From Balanoglossus misakiensis (taxonomy: Eukaryota; Animalia; Hemichordata): a DNA stretch of 64,000 nucleotides. Under the pieces are notes generated by a model. That model searched no databases. It was given only the letters and a program-made list of their open reading frames with translations, and was not told the origin of the DNA. This document shows positions 1 through 13,585 of this stretch, piece by piece (positions within the stretch are counted from its first letter, which is position 1; every line of letters begins with the position of its first letter). A program made the position numbers and the translations under genes. The stretch covers positions 5,961,962 through 6,025,961 of the forward strand of contig CM082594.2 in NCBI GenBank assembly GCA_040954595.2, given 5' to 3'.

Positions 1-3000
1 CATGAGCTATAACCCATGGTATTTTCAAAAAAATGAAGCAAATTTGATATTTCGCAAAGTCGAAAATTGTCAATTTTTGGATGATTTTCATGAGCTATAA
101 CCCATGGTTTTTTCAAAAAAATGAAGAAATTTTGATATTTCGCAAAGTCGAAAATTGTCATTTTTGGATGATTTTCATGAGCTATAACCCATGTTTTTTC
201 AAAAAATGAAGAAATTTTGATATTTCGCAAAGTCGAAAAATTGTCATTTTTGGATGATTTTCATGAGCTATAACCCATGGTTTTTTCAAAAAAATGAAGA
301 AATTTTGATATTTCGCAAAGTCGAAAAATTGTCATTTTTGGATGATTTTCATGAGCTATAACCCATGGTTTTTTCAAAAAAATGAAGAAATTTTGATATT
401 TCGCAAAGTCGAAAAATTGTCATTTTGGATGATTTTCATGAGCTATAACCCATGGTTTTTTCAAAAAAATGAAGAAATTTTGATATTTCGCAAAGTCGAA
501 AAATTGTCATTTTTGGATGATTTTCATGAGCTATAACCCATGGTTTTTTCAAAAAAATGAAGAAATTTTGATATTTCGCAAAGTCGAAAAATTGTCATTT
601 TTGGATGATTTTCATGAGCTATAACCCATGGTTTTTTCAAAAAAATGAAGAAATTTTGATATTTCGCAAAGTCGAAAAATTGTCATTTTTGGATGATTTT
701 CATGAGCTATAACCCATGGTTTTTTCAAAAAAATGAAGAAATTTTGATATTTCGCAAAGTCGAAAAATTGTCATTTTTGGATGATTTTCATGAGCTATAA
801 CCCATGGTTTTTTCAAAAAAATGAAGAAATTTTGATATTTCGCAAAGTCGAAAAATTGTCATTTTTGGATGATTTTCATGAGCTATAACCCATGGTTTTT
901 TTCAAAAAAATGAAGAAATTTTGATATTTCGCAAAGTCGAAAAATTGTCATTTTTGGATGATTTTCATGAGCTATAACCCATGGTTTTTTCAAAAAAATG
1001 AAGAAATTTTGATATTTCGCAAAGTCGAAAAATTGTCATTTTTGGATGATTTTCATGAGCTATAACCCATGGTTTTTTCAAAAAAATGAAGAAATTTTGA
1101 TATTTCGCAAAGTCGAAAAATTGTCATTTTTGGATGATTTTCATGAGCTATAACCCATGGTTTTTTCAAAAAAATGAAGAAATTTTGATATTTCGCAAAG
1201 TCGAAAAATTGTCATTTTTGGATGATTTTCATGAGCTATAACCCATGGTTTTTTCAAAAAAATGAAGAAATTTTGATATTTCGCAAAGTCGAAAAATTGT
1301 CATTTTTGGATGATTTTCATGAGCTATAACCCATGGTTTTTTCAAAAAAATGAAGAAATTTTGATATTTCGCAAAGTCGAAAAATTGTCATTTTTGGATG
1401 ATTTTCATGAGCTATAACCCATGGTTTTTTCAAAAAAATGAAGAAATTTTGATATTTCGCAAAGTCGAAAAATTGTCATTTTTGGATGATTTTCATGAGC
1501 TATAACCCATGGTTTTTTCAAAAAAATGAAGAAATTTTGATATTTCGCAAAGTCGAAAAATTGTCATTTTTGGATGATTTTCATGAGCTATAACCCATGT
1601 TTTTTTCAAAAAAATGAAGAAATTTTGATATTTCGCAAAGTCGAAAAATTGTGATTTTTGGATGATTTTCATGAGCTATAACCCATGGTTTTTTCAAAAA
1701 AATGAAGAAATTTTGATATTTCGCAAAGTCGAAAAATTGTCATTTTTGGATGATTTTCATGAGCTATAACCCATGGTTTTTTCAAAAAAATGAAGAAATT
1801 TTGATATTTCGCAAAGTCGAAAAATTGTCATTTTTGGATGATTTTCATGAGCTATAACCCATGGTTTTTTCAAAAAAATGAAGAAATTTTGATATTTCGC
1901 AAAGTCGAAAAATTGTCATTTTTGGATGATTTTCATGAGCTATAACCCATGGTTTTTTCAAAAAAATGAAGAAATTTTGATATTTCGCAAAGTCGAAAAA
2001 TTGTCAATTTTGGATGATTTTCATGAGCTATAACCCATGGTTTTTTCAAAAAAATGAAGAAATTTTGATATTTCGCAAAGTCGAAAAATTGTCATTTTTG
2101 GATGATTTTCATGAGCTATAACCCATGGTTTTTTCAAAAAAATGAAGAAATTTTGATATTTCGCAAAGTCGAAAAATTGTCATTTTTGGATGATTTTCAT
2201 GAGCTATAACCCATGGTTTTTTCAAAAAAATGAAGAAATTTTGATATTTCGCAAAGTCGAAAAATTGTCATTTTTGGATGATTTTCATGAGCTATAACCC
2301 ATGGTTTTTTCAAAAAATGAAGAAATTTTGATATTTCGCAAAGTCGAAAATTGTCATTTTTGGATGATTTTCATGAGCTATAACCCATGTTTTTTTCAAA
2401 AAAATGAAGAAATTTTGATATTTCGCAAAGTCGAAAAATTGTCATTTTTGGATGATTTTCATGAGCTATAACCCATGTTTTTTTCAAAAAAATGAAGAAA
2501 TTTTGATATTTCGCAAAGTCGAAAAATTGTCATTTTTGGATGATTTTCATGAGCTATAACCCATGGTTTTTTCAAAAAAATGAAGAAATTTTGATATTTC
2601 GCAAAGTCGAAAAATTGTCATTTTTGGATGATTTTCATGAGCTATAACCCATGGTTTTTTCAAAAAAATGAAGAAATTTTGATATTTCGCAAAGTCGAAA
2701 AATTGTCATTTTTGGATGATTTTCATGAGCTATAACCCATGGTTTTTTCAAAAAAATGAAGAAATTTTGATATTTCGCAAAGTCGAAAAATTGTCATTTT
2801 TGGATGATTTTCATGAGCTATAACCCATGGTTTTTTCAAAAAAATGAAGAAATTTTGATATTTCGCAAAGTCGAAAAATTGTCATTTTTGGATGATTTTC
2901 ATGAGCTATAACCCATGGTTTTTTCAAAAAATGAAGAAATTTTGATATTTCGCAAAGTCGAAAAATTGTCATTTTTGGATGATTTTCATGAGCTATAACC

Positions 3001-6000
3001 CATGGTTTTTTCAAAAAAATGAAGAAATTTTGATATTTCGCAAAGTCGAAAAATTGTCATTTTTGGATGATTTTCATGAGCTATAACCCATGGTTTTTTC
3101 AAAAAAATGAAGAAATTTTGATATTTCGCAAAGTCGAAAAATTGTCATTTTTGGATGATTTTCATGAGCTATAACCCATGGTTTTTTCAAAAAATGAAGA
3201 AATTTTGATATTTCGCAAAGTCGAAAAATTGTCATTTTGGATGATTTTCATGAGCTATAACCCATGGTTTTTTCAAAAAAATGAAGAAATTTTGATATTT
3301 CGCAAAGTCGAAAAATTGTCATTTTTGGATGATTTTCATGAGCTATAACCCATGGTTTTTTCAAAAAAATGAAGAAATTTTGATATTTCGCAAAGTCGAA
3401 AAATTGTCATTTTGGATGATTTTCATGAGCTATAACCCATGGTTTTTTCAAAAAAATGAAGAAATTTTGATATTTCGCAAAGTCGAAAAATTGTCATTTT
3501 TGGATGATTTTCATGAGCTATAACCCATGGTTTTTTCAAAAAAATGAAGAAATTTTGATATTTCGCAAAGTCGAAAAATTGTCATTTTTGGATGATTTTC
3601 ATGAGCTATAACCCATGTTTTTTCAAAAAAATGAAGAAATTTTGATATTTCGCAAAGTCGAAAAATTGTCATTTTTGGATGATTTTCATGAGCTATAACC
3701 CATGGTTTTTTCAAAAAAATGAAGAAATTTTGATATTTCGCAAAGTCGAAAAATTGTCATTTTTGGATGATTTTCATGAGCTATAACCCATGGTTTTTTC
3801 AAAAAAATGAAGAAATTTTGATATTTCGCAAAGTCGAAAATTGTCATTTTTGGATGATTTTCATGAGCTATAACCCATGGTTTTTTCAAAAAAATGAAGA
3901 AATTTTGATATTTCGCAAAGTCGAAAAATTGTCATTTTTGGATGATTTTCATGAGCTATAACCCATGGTTTTTTCAAAAAAATGAAGAAATTTTGATATT
4001 TCGCAAAGTCGAAAAATTGTCATTTTTGGATGATTTTCATGAGCTATAACCCATGGTTTTTTCAAAAAAATGAAGAAATTTTGATATTTCGCAAAGTCGA
4101 AAAATTGTCATTTTTGGATGATTTTCATGAGCTATAACCCATGGTTTTTTCAAAAAAATGAAGAAATTTTGATATTTCGCAAAGTCGAAAAATTGTCATT
4201 TTTGGATGATTTTCATGAGCTATAACCCATGGTTTTTTCAAAAAAATGAAGAAATTTTGATATTTCGCAAAGTCGAAAAATTGTCATTTTTGGATGATTT
4301 TCATGAGCTATAACCCATGGTTTTTCAAAAAAATGAAGAAATTTTGATATTTCGCAAAGTCGAAAAATTGTCATTTTTGGATGATTTTTCATGAGCTATA
4401 ACCCATGGTTTTTTCAAAAAAATGAAGAAATTTTGATATTTCGCAAAGTCGAAAAATTGTCATTTTTGGATGATTTTCATGAGCTATAACCATGGTTTTT
4501 TCAAAAAAATGAAGAAATTTTGATATTTCGCAAAGTCGAAAAAATTGTCATTTTTGGATGATTTCATGAGCTATAACCCATGGTTTTTTCAAAAAAATGA
4601 AGAAATTTTGATATTTCGCAAAGTCGAAAAATTGTCATTTTTGGATGATTTTCATGAGCTATAACCCATGTTTTTTCAAAAAAATGAAGAAATTTTGATA
4701 TTTCGCAAAGTCGAAAAATTGTCATTTTTGGATGATTTTCATGAGCTATAACCCATGGTTTTTTCAAAAAAATGAAGAAATTTTGATATTTCGCAAAGTC
4801 GAAAAATTGTCATTTTTGGATGATTTTCATGAGCTATAACCCATGGTTTTTTTCAAAAAAATGAAGAAATTTTGATATTTCGCAAAGTCGAAAAATTGTC
4901 ATTTTTGGATGATTTTCATGAGCTATAACCCATGGTTTTTTCCAAAAAAATGAAGAAATTTTGATATTTCGCAAAGTCGAAAAATTGTCATTTTTGGATG
5001 ATTTTCATGAGCTATAACCCATGGTTTTTTCAAAAAAATGAAGAAATTTTGATATTTCGCAAAGTCGAAAAATTGTCATTTTTGGATGATTTTCATGAGC
5101 TATAACCCATGGTTTTTTCAAAAAAATGAAGAAATTTTGATATTTCGCAAAGTCGAAAAATTGTCATTTTGGATGATTTTCATGAGCTATAACCCATGGT
5201 TTTTTCAAAAAAATGAAGAAATTTTGATATTTCGCAAAGTCGAAAAATTGTCATTTTTGGATGATTTTCATGAGCTATAACCCATGGTTTTTTCAAAAAA
5301 ATGAAGAAATTTTGATATTTCGCAAAGTCGAAAAATTGTCATTTTTGGATGATTTTCATGAGCTATAACCCATGGTTTTTTCAAAAAAATGAAGAAATTT
5401 TGATATTTCGCAAAGTCGAAAAATTGTCATTTTTGGATGATTTTCATGAGCTATAACCCATGGTTTTTTCAAAAAAATGAAGAAATTTTGATATTTCGCA
5501 AAGTCGAAAAATTGTCATTTTTGGATGATTTTCATGAGCTATAACCCATGGTTTTTTCAAAAAAATGAAGAAATTTTGATATTTCGCAAAGTCGAAAAAT
5601 TGTCATTTTTGGATGATTTTCATGAGCTATAACCCATGGTTTTTTCAAAAAAATGAAGAAATTTTGATATTTCGCAAAGTCGAAAAATTGTCATTTTTGG
5701 ATGATTTTCATGAGCTATAACCCATGGTTTTTTCAAAAAAATGAAGAAATTTTGATATTTCGCAAAGTCGAAAAATTGTCATTTTTGGATGATTTTCATG
5801 AGCTATAACCCATGGTTTTTTCAAAAAAATGAAGAAATTTTGATATTTCGCAAAGTCGAAAAATTGTCATTTTTGGATGATTTTCATGAGCTATAACCCA
5901 TGGTTTTTTCAAAAAAATGAAGAAATTTTGATATTTCGCAAAGTCGAAAAATTGTCATTTTTGGATGATTTTCATGAGCTATAACCCATGGTTTTTTCAA

Positions 6001-9000
6001 AAAAATGAAGAAATTTTGATATTTCGCAAAGTCGAAAAATTGTCATTTTTGGATGATTTTCATGAGCTATAACCCATGGGTTTTTCAAAAAAATGAAGAA
6101 ATTTTGATATTTCGCAAAGTCGAAAAATTGTCATTTTTGGATGATTTTCATGAGCTATAACCCATGTTTTTTTCAAAAAAATGAAGAAATTTTGATATTT
6201 CGCAAAGTCGAAAAATTGTCATTTTTGGATGATTTTCATGAGCTATAACCCATGGTTTTTTCAAAAAAATGAAGAAATTTTGATATTTCGCAAAGTCGAA
6301 AAATTGTCATTTTTGGATGATTTTCATGAGCTATAACCCATGGTTTTTTCAAAAAAATGAAGAAATTTTGATATTTCGCAAAGTCGAAAAATTGTCATTT
6401 TTGGATGATTTTCATGAGCTATAACCCATGGTTTTTTCAAAAAAATGAAGAAATTTTGATATTTCGCAAAGTCGAAAAATTGTCATTTTTGGATGATTTT
6501 CATGAGCTATAACCCATGGTTTTTTCAAAAAAATGAAGAAATTTTGATATTTCGCAAAGTCGAAAAATTGTCATTTTTGGATGATTTTCATGAGCTATAA
6601 CCCATGGTTTTTTCAAAAAAATGAAGAAATTTTGATATTTCGCAAAGTCGAAAAATTGTCATTTTTGGATGATTTTCATGAGCTATAACCCATGTTTTTT
6701 TCAAAAAAATGAAGAAATTTTGATATTTCGCAAAGTCGAAAAATTGTCATTTTTGGATGATTTTCATGAGCTATAACCCATGGTTTTTTCAAAAAAATGA
6801 AGAAATTTTGATATTTCGCAAAGTCGAAAAATTGTCAATTTTGGATGATTTTCATGAGCTATAACCCATGGTTTTTTCAAAAAAATGAAGAAATTTTGAT
6901 ATTTCGCAAAGTCGAAAAATTGTCATTTTTGGATGATTTTCATGAGCTATAACCCATGGTTTTTTCAAAAAAATGAAGAAATTTTGATATTTCGCAAAGT
7001 CGAAAAATTGTCATTTTTGGATGATTTTCATGAGCTATAACCCATGGTTTTTTCAAAAAAATGAAGAAATTTTGATATTTCGCAAAGTCGAAAAATTGTC
7101 ATTTTTGGATGATTTTCATGAGCTATAACCCATGGTTTTTTCAAAAAAATGAAGAAATTTTGATATTTCGCAAAGTCGAAAAATTGTCATTTTTGGATGA
7201 TTTTCATGAGCTATAACCCATGGTTTTTTCAAAAAAATGAAGAAATTTTGATATTTCGCAAAGTCGAAAAATTGTCATTTTTGGATGATTTTCATGAGCT
7301 ATAACCATGGTTTTTTCAAAAAAATGAAGAAATTTTGATATTTCGCAAAGTCGAAAAATTGTCATTTTTGGATGATTTTCATGAGCTATAACCCATGGTT
7401 TTTTCAAAAAAATGAAGAAATTTTAGATATTTCGGGAAAGTCGAAAAATTGTCATTTTTGGATGATTTTCATGAGCTATAACCCATGGTTTTTTCAAAAA
7501 AATGAAGAAATTTTGATATTTCGCAAAGTCGAAAAATTGTCATTTTTGGATGATTTTCATGAGCTATAACCCATGGTTTTTTCAAAAAAATGAAGAAATT
7601 TTGATATTTCGCAAAGTCGAAAAATTGTCATTTTTGGATGATTTTCATGAGCTATAACCCATGGTTTTTTCAAAAAAATGAAGAAATTTTGATATTTCGC
7701 AAAGTCGAAAAATTGTCATTTTTGGATGATTTTCATGAGCTATAACCCATGGTTTTTTCAAAAAAATGAAGAAATTTTGATATTTCGCAAAGTCGAAAAA
7801 TTGTCATTTTTGGATGATTTTCATGAGCTATAACCCATGGTTTTTTCAAAAAAATGAAGAAATTTTGATATTTCGCAAAGTCGAAAAATTGTCATTTTTG
7901 GATGATTTTCATGAGCTATAACCCATGGTTTTTTCAAAAAAATGAAGAAATTTTGATATTTCGCAAAGTCGAAAAATTGTCATTTTTGGATGATTTTCAT
8001 GAGCTATAACCCATGGTTTTTTCAAAAAAATGAAGAAATTTTGATATTTCGCAAAGTCGAAAAATTGTCATTTTTGGATGATTTTCATGAGCTATAACCC
8101 ATGGTTTTTTCAAAAAATGAAGAAATTTTGATATTTCGCAAAGTCGAAAAATTGTCATTTTTGGATGATTTTCATGAGCTATAACCCATGGTTTTTTCAA
8201 AAAAATGAAGAAATTTTGATATTTCGCAAAGTCGAAAAATTGTCATTTTGGATGATTTTCATGAGCTATAACCCATGGTTTTTTCAAAAAAATGAAGAAA
8301 TTTTGATATTTCGCAAAGTCGAAAAATTGTCAATTTTGGATGATTTTCATGAGCTATAACCCATGGTTTTTCAAAAAAATGAAGAAATTTTGATATTTCG
8401 CAAAGTCGAAAAATTGTCATTTTTGGATGATTTTCATGAGCTATAACCCATGGTTTTTTCAAAAAAATGAAGAAATTTTGATATTTCGCAAAGTCGAAAA
8501 ATTGTCATTTTTGGATGATTTTCATGAGCTATAACCCATGGTTTTTTCAAAAAAATGAAGAAATTTTGATATTTCGCAAAGTCGAAAAATTGTCATTTTT
8601 GGATGATTTTCATGAGCTATAACCCATGGTTTTTTCAAAAAAATGAAGAAATTTTGATATTTCGCAAAGTCGAAAAATTGTCATTTTTGGATGATTTTCA
8701 TGAGCTATAACCCATGGTTTTTTCAAAAAAATGAAGAAATTTCGATATTTCGCAAAGTCGAAAAATTGTCATTTTTGGATGATTTTCATGAGCTATAACC
8801 CATGGTTTTTTCAAAAAAATGAAGAAATTTCGATATTTCGCAAAGTCGAAAAATTGTCATTTTTGGATGATTTTCATGAGCTATAACCCATGGTTTTTTC
8901 AAAAAAATGAAGAAATTTCGATATTTCGCAAAGTCGAAAAATTGTCATTTTTGGATGATTTTCATGAGCTATAACCCATGGTTTTTTCAAAAAAATGAAG

Positions 9001-12000
9001 AAATTTTGATATTTCGCAAAGTCGAAAAATTGTCATTTTTGGATGATTTTCATGAGCTATAACCCATGGTTTTTTCAAAAAAATGAAGAAATTTTGATAT
9101 TTCGCAAAGTCGAAAAATTGTCATTTTTGGATGATTTTCATGAGCTATAACCCATGGTTTTTTCAAAAAAATGAAGAAATTTTGATATTTCGCAAAGTCG
9201 AAAAATTGTCATTTTTGGATGATTTTCATGAGCTATAACCCATGGTTTTTTCAAAAAAATGAAGAAATTTTGATATTTCGCAAAGTCGAAAAATTGTCAT
9301 TTTTGGATGATTTTCATGAGCTATAACCCATGGTTTTTTCAAAAAAATGAAGAAATTTTGATATTTCGCAAAGTCGAAAAATTGTCAATTTTGGATGATT
9401 TTCATGAGCTATAACCAATGGTTTTTTCAAAAAAATGAAGAAATTTTGATATTTCGCAAAGTCGAAAAATTGTCATTTTTGGATGATTTTCATGAGCTAT
9501 AACCCATGGTTTTTTCAAAAAAATGAAGAAATTTTGATATTTCGCAAAGTCGAAAAATTGTCATTTTTGGATGATTTTCATGAGCTATAACCCATGGTTT
9601 TTTCAAAAAAATGAAGAAATTTTGATATTACGCAAAGTCGAAAAATTGTCATTTTTGGATGATTTTCATGAGCTATAACCCATGGTTTTTTCAAAAAAAT
9701 GAAGAAATTTTGATATTTCGCAAAGTCGAAAAATTGTCAATTTTGGATGATTTTCATGAGCTATAACCCATGGTTTTTTCAAAAAAATGAAGAAATTTTG
9801 ATATTTCGCAAAGTCGAAAAATTGTCATTTTTGGATGATTTTCATGAGCTATAACCCATGGTTTTTTCAAAAAAATGAAGAAATTTTGATATTTCGCAAA
9901 GTCGAAAAATTGTCATTTTTGGATGATTTTCATGAGCTATAACCCATGGTTTTTTCAAAAAAATGAAGAAATTTTGATATTTCGCAAAGTCGAAAAATTG
10001 TCATTTTTGGATGATTTTCATGAGCTATAACCCATGGTTTTTTCAAAAAAATGAAGAAATTTTGATATTTCGCAAAGTCGAAAAATTGTCATTTTTGGAT
10101 GATTTTCATGAGCTATAACCCATGGTTTTTTCAAAAAAATGAAGAAATTTTGATATTTCGCAAAGTCGAAAAATTGTCAATTTTGGATGATTTTCATGAG
10201 CTATAACCCATGGTTTTTTCAAAAAAATGAAGAAATTTTGATATTTCGCAAAGTCGAAAAATTGTCATTTTTGGATGATTTTCATGAGCTATAACCCATG
10301 GTTTTTTCAAAAAAATGAAGAAATTTTGATATTTCGCAAAGTCGAAAAATTGTCATTTTTGGATGATTTTCATGAGCTATAACCCATGGTTTTTTCAAAA
10401 AAATGAAGAAATTTTGATATTTCGCAAAGTCGAAAAATTGTCATTTTTGGATGATTTTCATGAGCTATAACCCATGGTTTTTTCAAAAAAATGAAGAAAT
10501 TTTGATATTTCGCAAAGTCGAAAAATTGTCATTTTTGGATGATTTTCATGAGCTATAACCCATGGTTTTTTCAAAAAAATGAAGAAATTTTGATATTTCG
10601 CAAAGTCGAAAAATTGTCATTTTTGGATGATTTTCATGAGCTATAACCCATGGTTTTTTCAAAAAAATGAAGAAATTTTGATATTTCGCAAAGTCGAAAA
10701 ATTGTCATTTTTGGATGATTTTCATGAGCTATAACCCATGGTTTTTCAAAAAAATGAAGAAATTTTGATATTTCGCAAAGTCGAAAAATTGTCATTTTTG
10801 GATGATTTTCATGAGCTATAACCCATGGTTTTTTCAAAAAAATGAAGAAATATTGATATTTCGCAAAGTCGAAAAATTGTCATTTTTGGATGATTTTCAT
10901 GAGCTATAACCCATGGTTTTTTCAAAAAAATGAAGAAATTTTGATATTTCGCAAAGTCGAAAAATTGTCATTTTTGGATGATTTTCATGAGCTATAACCC
11001 ATGGTTTTTTCAAAAAAATGAAGAAATTTTGATATTTCGCAAAGTCGAAAAATTGTCATTTTTGGATGATTTTCATGAGCTATAACCCATGGTTTTTTCA
11101 AAAAAATGATCAAATTTTGATATTTCGCAAAGTCGAAAAATTGTCATTTTTGGATGATTTTCATGAGCTATAACCCATGGTTTTTTCAAAAAAATGAAGA
11201 AATTTTGATATTTCGCAAAGTCGAAAAATTGTCATTTTTGGATGATTTTCATGAGCTATAACCCATGGTTTTTTCAAAAAAATGAAGAAATTTTGATATT
11301 TCGCAAAGTCGAAAAATTGTCATTTTTGGATGATTTTCATGAGCTATAACCCATGGTTTTTTCAAAAAAATGAAGAAATTTCGATATTTCGCAAAGTCGA
11401 AAAATTGTCATTTTTGGATGATTTTCATGAGCTATAACCCATGGTTTTTTCAAAAAAATGAAGAAATTTTGATATTTCGCAAAGTCGAAAAATTGTCATT
11501 TTTGGATGATTTTCATGAGCTATAACCCATGGTTTTTTCAAAAAAATGAAGAAATTTTGATATTTCGCAAAGTCGAAAAATTGTCATTTTTGGATGATTT
11601 TCATGAGCTATAACCCATGGTTTTTTCAAAAAAATGAAGAAATTTTGATATTTCGCAAAGTCGAAAAATTGTCATTTTTGGATGATTTTCATGAGCTATA
11701 ACCCATGGTTTTTTCAAAAAAATGAAGAAATTTTGATATATCGCAAAGTCGAAAAATTGTCATTTTTGGATGATTTTCATGAGCTATAACCCATGGTTTT
11801 TTCAAAAAAATGAAGAAATTTTGATATTTCGCAAAGTCGAAAAATTGTCATTTTTGGATGATTTTCATGAGCTATAACCCATGGTTTTTTCAAAAAAATG
11901 AAGAAATTTTGATATTTCGCAAAGTCGAAAAATTGTCATTTTTGGATGATTTTCATGAGCTATAACCCATGGTTTTTTCAAAAAAATGAAGAAATTTTGA

Positions 12001-12707
12001 TATTTCGCAAAGTCGAAAAATTGTCATTTTTGGATGATTTTCATGAGCTATAACCCATGGTTTTTTCAAAAAAATGAAGAAATTTTGATATTTCGCAAAG
12101 TCGAAAAATTGTCATTTTTGGATGATTTTCATGAGCTATAACCCATGGTTTTTTCAAAAAATGAAGAAATTTTGATATTTCGCAAAGTCGAAAAATTGTC
12201 AATTTTGGATGATTTTCATGAGCTATAACCCATGGTTTTTTCAAAAAAATGAAGAAATTTTGATATTTCGCAAAGTCGAAAAATTGTCATTTTTGGATGA
12301 TTTTCATGAGCTATAACCCATGGTTTTTTCAAAAAAATGAAGAAATTTTGATATTTCGCAAAGTCGAAAAATTGTCATTTTTGGATGATTTTCATGAGCT
12401 ATAACCCATGGTTTTTTCAAAAAAATGAAGAAATATTGATATTTCGCAAAGTCGAAAAATTGTCATTTTTGGATGATTTTCATGAGCTATAACCCATGGT
12501 TTTTTCAAAAAATGAAGAAATATTGATATTTCGCAAAGTCGAAAAATTGTCATTTTTGGATGATTTTCATGAGCTATAACCCATGGTTTTTTCAAAAAAA
12601 TGAAGAAATTTTGATATTTCGCAAAGTCGAAAAATTGTCATTTTTGGATGATTTTCATGAGCTATAACCCATGTTTTTTTCAAAAAAATGAAAAAATTTT
12701 GATATTT
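1..12707 (+). repeat. 88-bp tandem satellite DNA array (~144 monomers), runs off the window start
   Basis: Monomer CATGAGCTATAACCCATGGTTTTTTCAAAAAAATGAAGAAATTTTGATATTTCGCAAAGTCGAAAAATTGTCATTTTTGGATGATTTT (88 nt) repeated head-to-tail with rare SNPs and homopolymer-length changes. Confidence 0.99.
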
Positions 12708-12976
12708 AGCTCATGAATACCATCCAAAAATGACAATTTTTCGACTTTGGGAATTTTCGAAATTTGGCCGATTTTGACAAAAAATCATGGGTTATAGCTC
12801 ATGAAAACCATCCAAAAATGGCAATTTTTCGACTTTGGGAATTTTCGAAATTTGGCCATTTTTGACAAAAAATCATGAGTTATAGCTCATGAAAATCATC
12901 CAAAAATGACAATTTTTCGACTTTGGGAATTTTCGAAATTTGGCCGATTTTGACAAAAAATCATGGGTTATAGCTC
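12707..12976 (-). repeat. Three inverted, diverged monomers of the same 88-bp satellite family
   Basis: TAGCTC recurs at 12707, 12795, 12883, 12971 (period 88). The unit matches the reverse complement of the main monomer except a diverged central block (GGGAATTTTCGAAATTTGGCCGATTTTGACAAAAAAT vs GCGAAATATCAAAATTTCTTCATTTTTTTGAAAAAAC). Confidence 0.95.
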
Positions 12977-13477
12977 CATGATTGTTTGTCTCTAGGGTCT
13001 ATGATTTCATACTCATTTTAATATAGTACAGAAATGAAAAGTTTTTTTTTATTTGAAAGTGGAGTAAATCCTGAAAAAATTATTGTTCTTATTGAAAGTA
13101 GATGCTCATCTTCACTCATTCAAATCATCACAACAAAGATAGTATTTTATTTCATTTTATTTATTTCATTTTCTACAAAATCATGACAAAACCAAAGTAT
13201 TGAAATTCAACATGTATTCACTTGTAGTAGTTTTTTATCTTTCCATAGGATACCCATGAAGCTGTCATCAAATTCTGGATAATCTGAAAAGACAAATTAG
13301 AAAGTAAGTTAAGTATGAGAAAGTGTAAGTCTAGAGTAAACCGTTTTTTCAGCATTTACTCCAAACTTGCATGTTCAAATACTTACTTTAAATGCAAGTA
13401 ATAGAGTCAATCCTATTACTTTCAATGAGAATTTTTTTTTACAAAAAATTTGCATATGAAAAGAAATAAAAAAAAAA

Positions 13478-13585
13478 GCATATGAAAAGATCTCGCATAG
13501 ATTAGGATTATTCTAATCTATGCAAGATCTTTTCATGTGCAATTTTTTTTTACATATGAAAAGATCTCGCATAGATTAGGATTAT
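13478..13585. repeat. ~29-bp inverted repeat (hairpin) plus a third direct copy
   Basis: GCATATGAAAAGATCTCGCATAGATTAGG ... TCTAATCTATGCAAGATCTTTTCATGTGC (13478-13540); the left arm is repeated again at 13553-13585. Confidence 0.85.

Noticed and set aside
137-155. CENP-B box in the monomer (TTCGCAAAGTCGAA)
   Set aside because: Spacing between TTCG and CG is one base short and the GG of the TTCGnnnnAnnCGGG core is absent.
342-12595. Many 64-67 aa ORFs in the satellite
   Set aside because: Artefacts of translating the repeat; they arise where homopolymer indels shift frame, and most lack a credible start or protein motif.
1-12707. CRISPR array
   Set aside because: No unique spacers, 88-bp head-to-tail units, eukaryotic context, no cas genes.
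13248-13303. Plus-strand coding exon (CCATAG...AAA|GTAAGT)
   Set aside because: Stop codons in all three frames; the minus-strand interpretation fits better.
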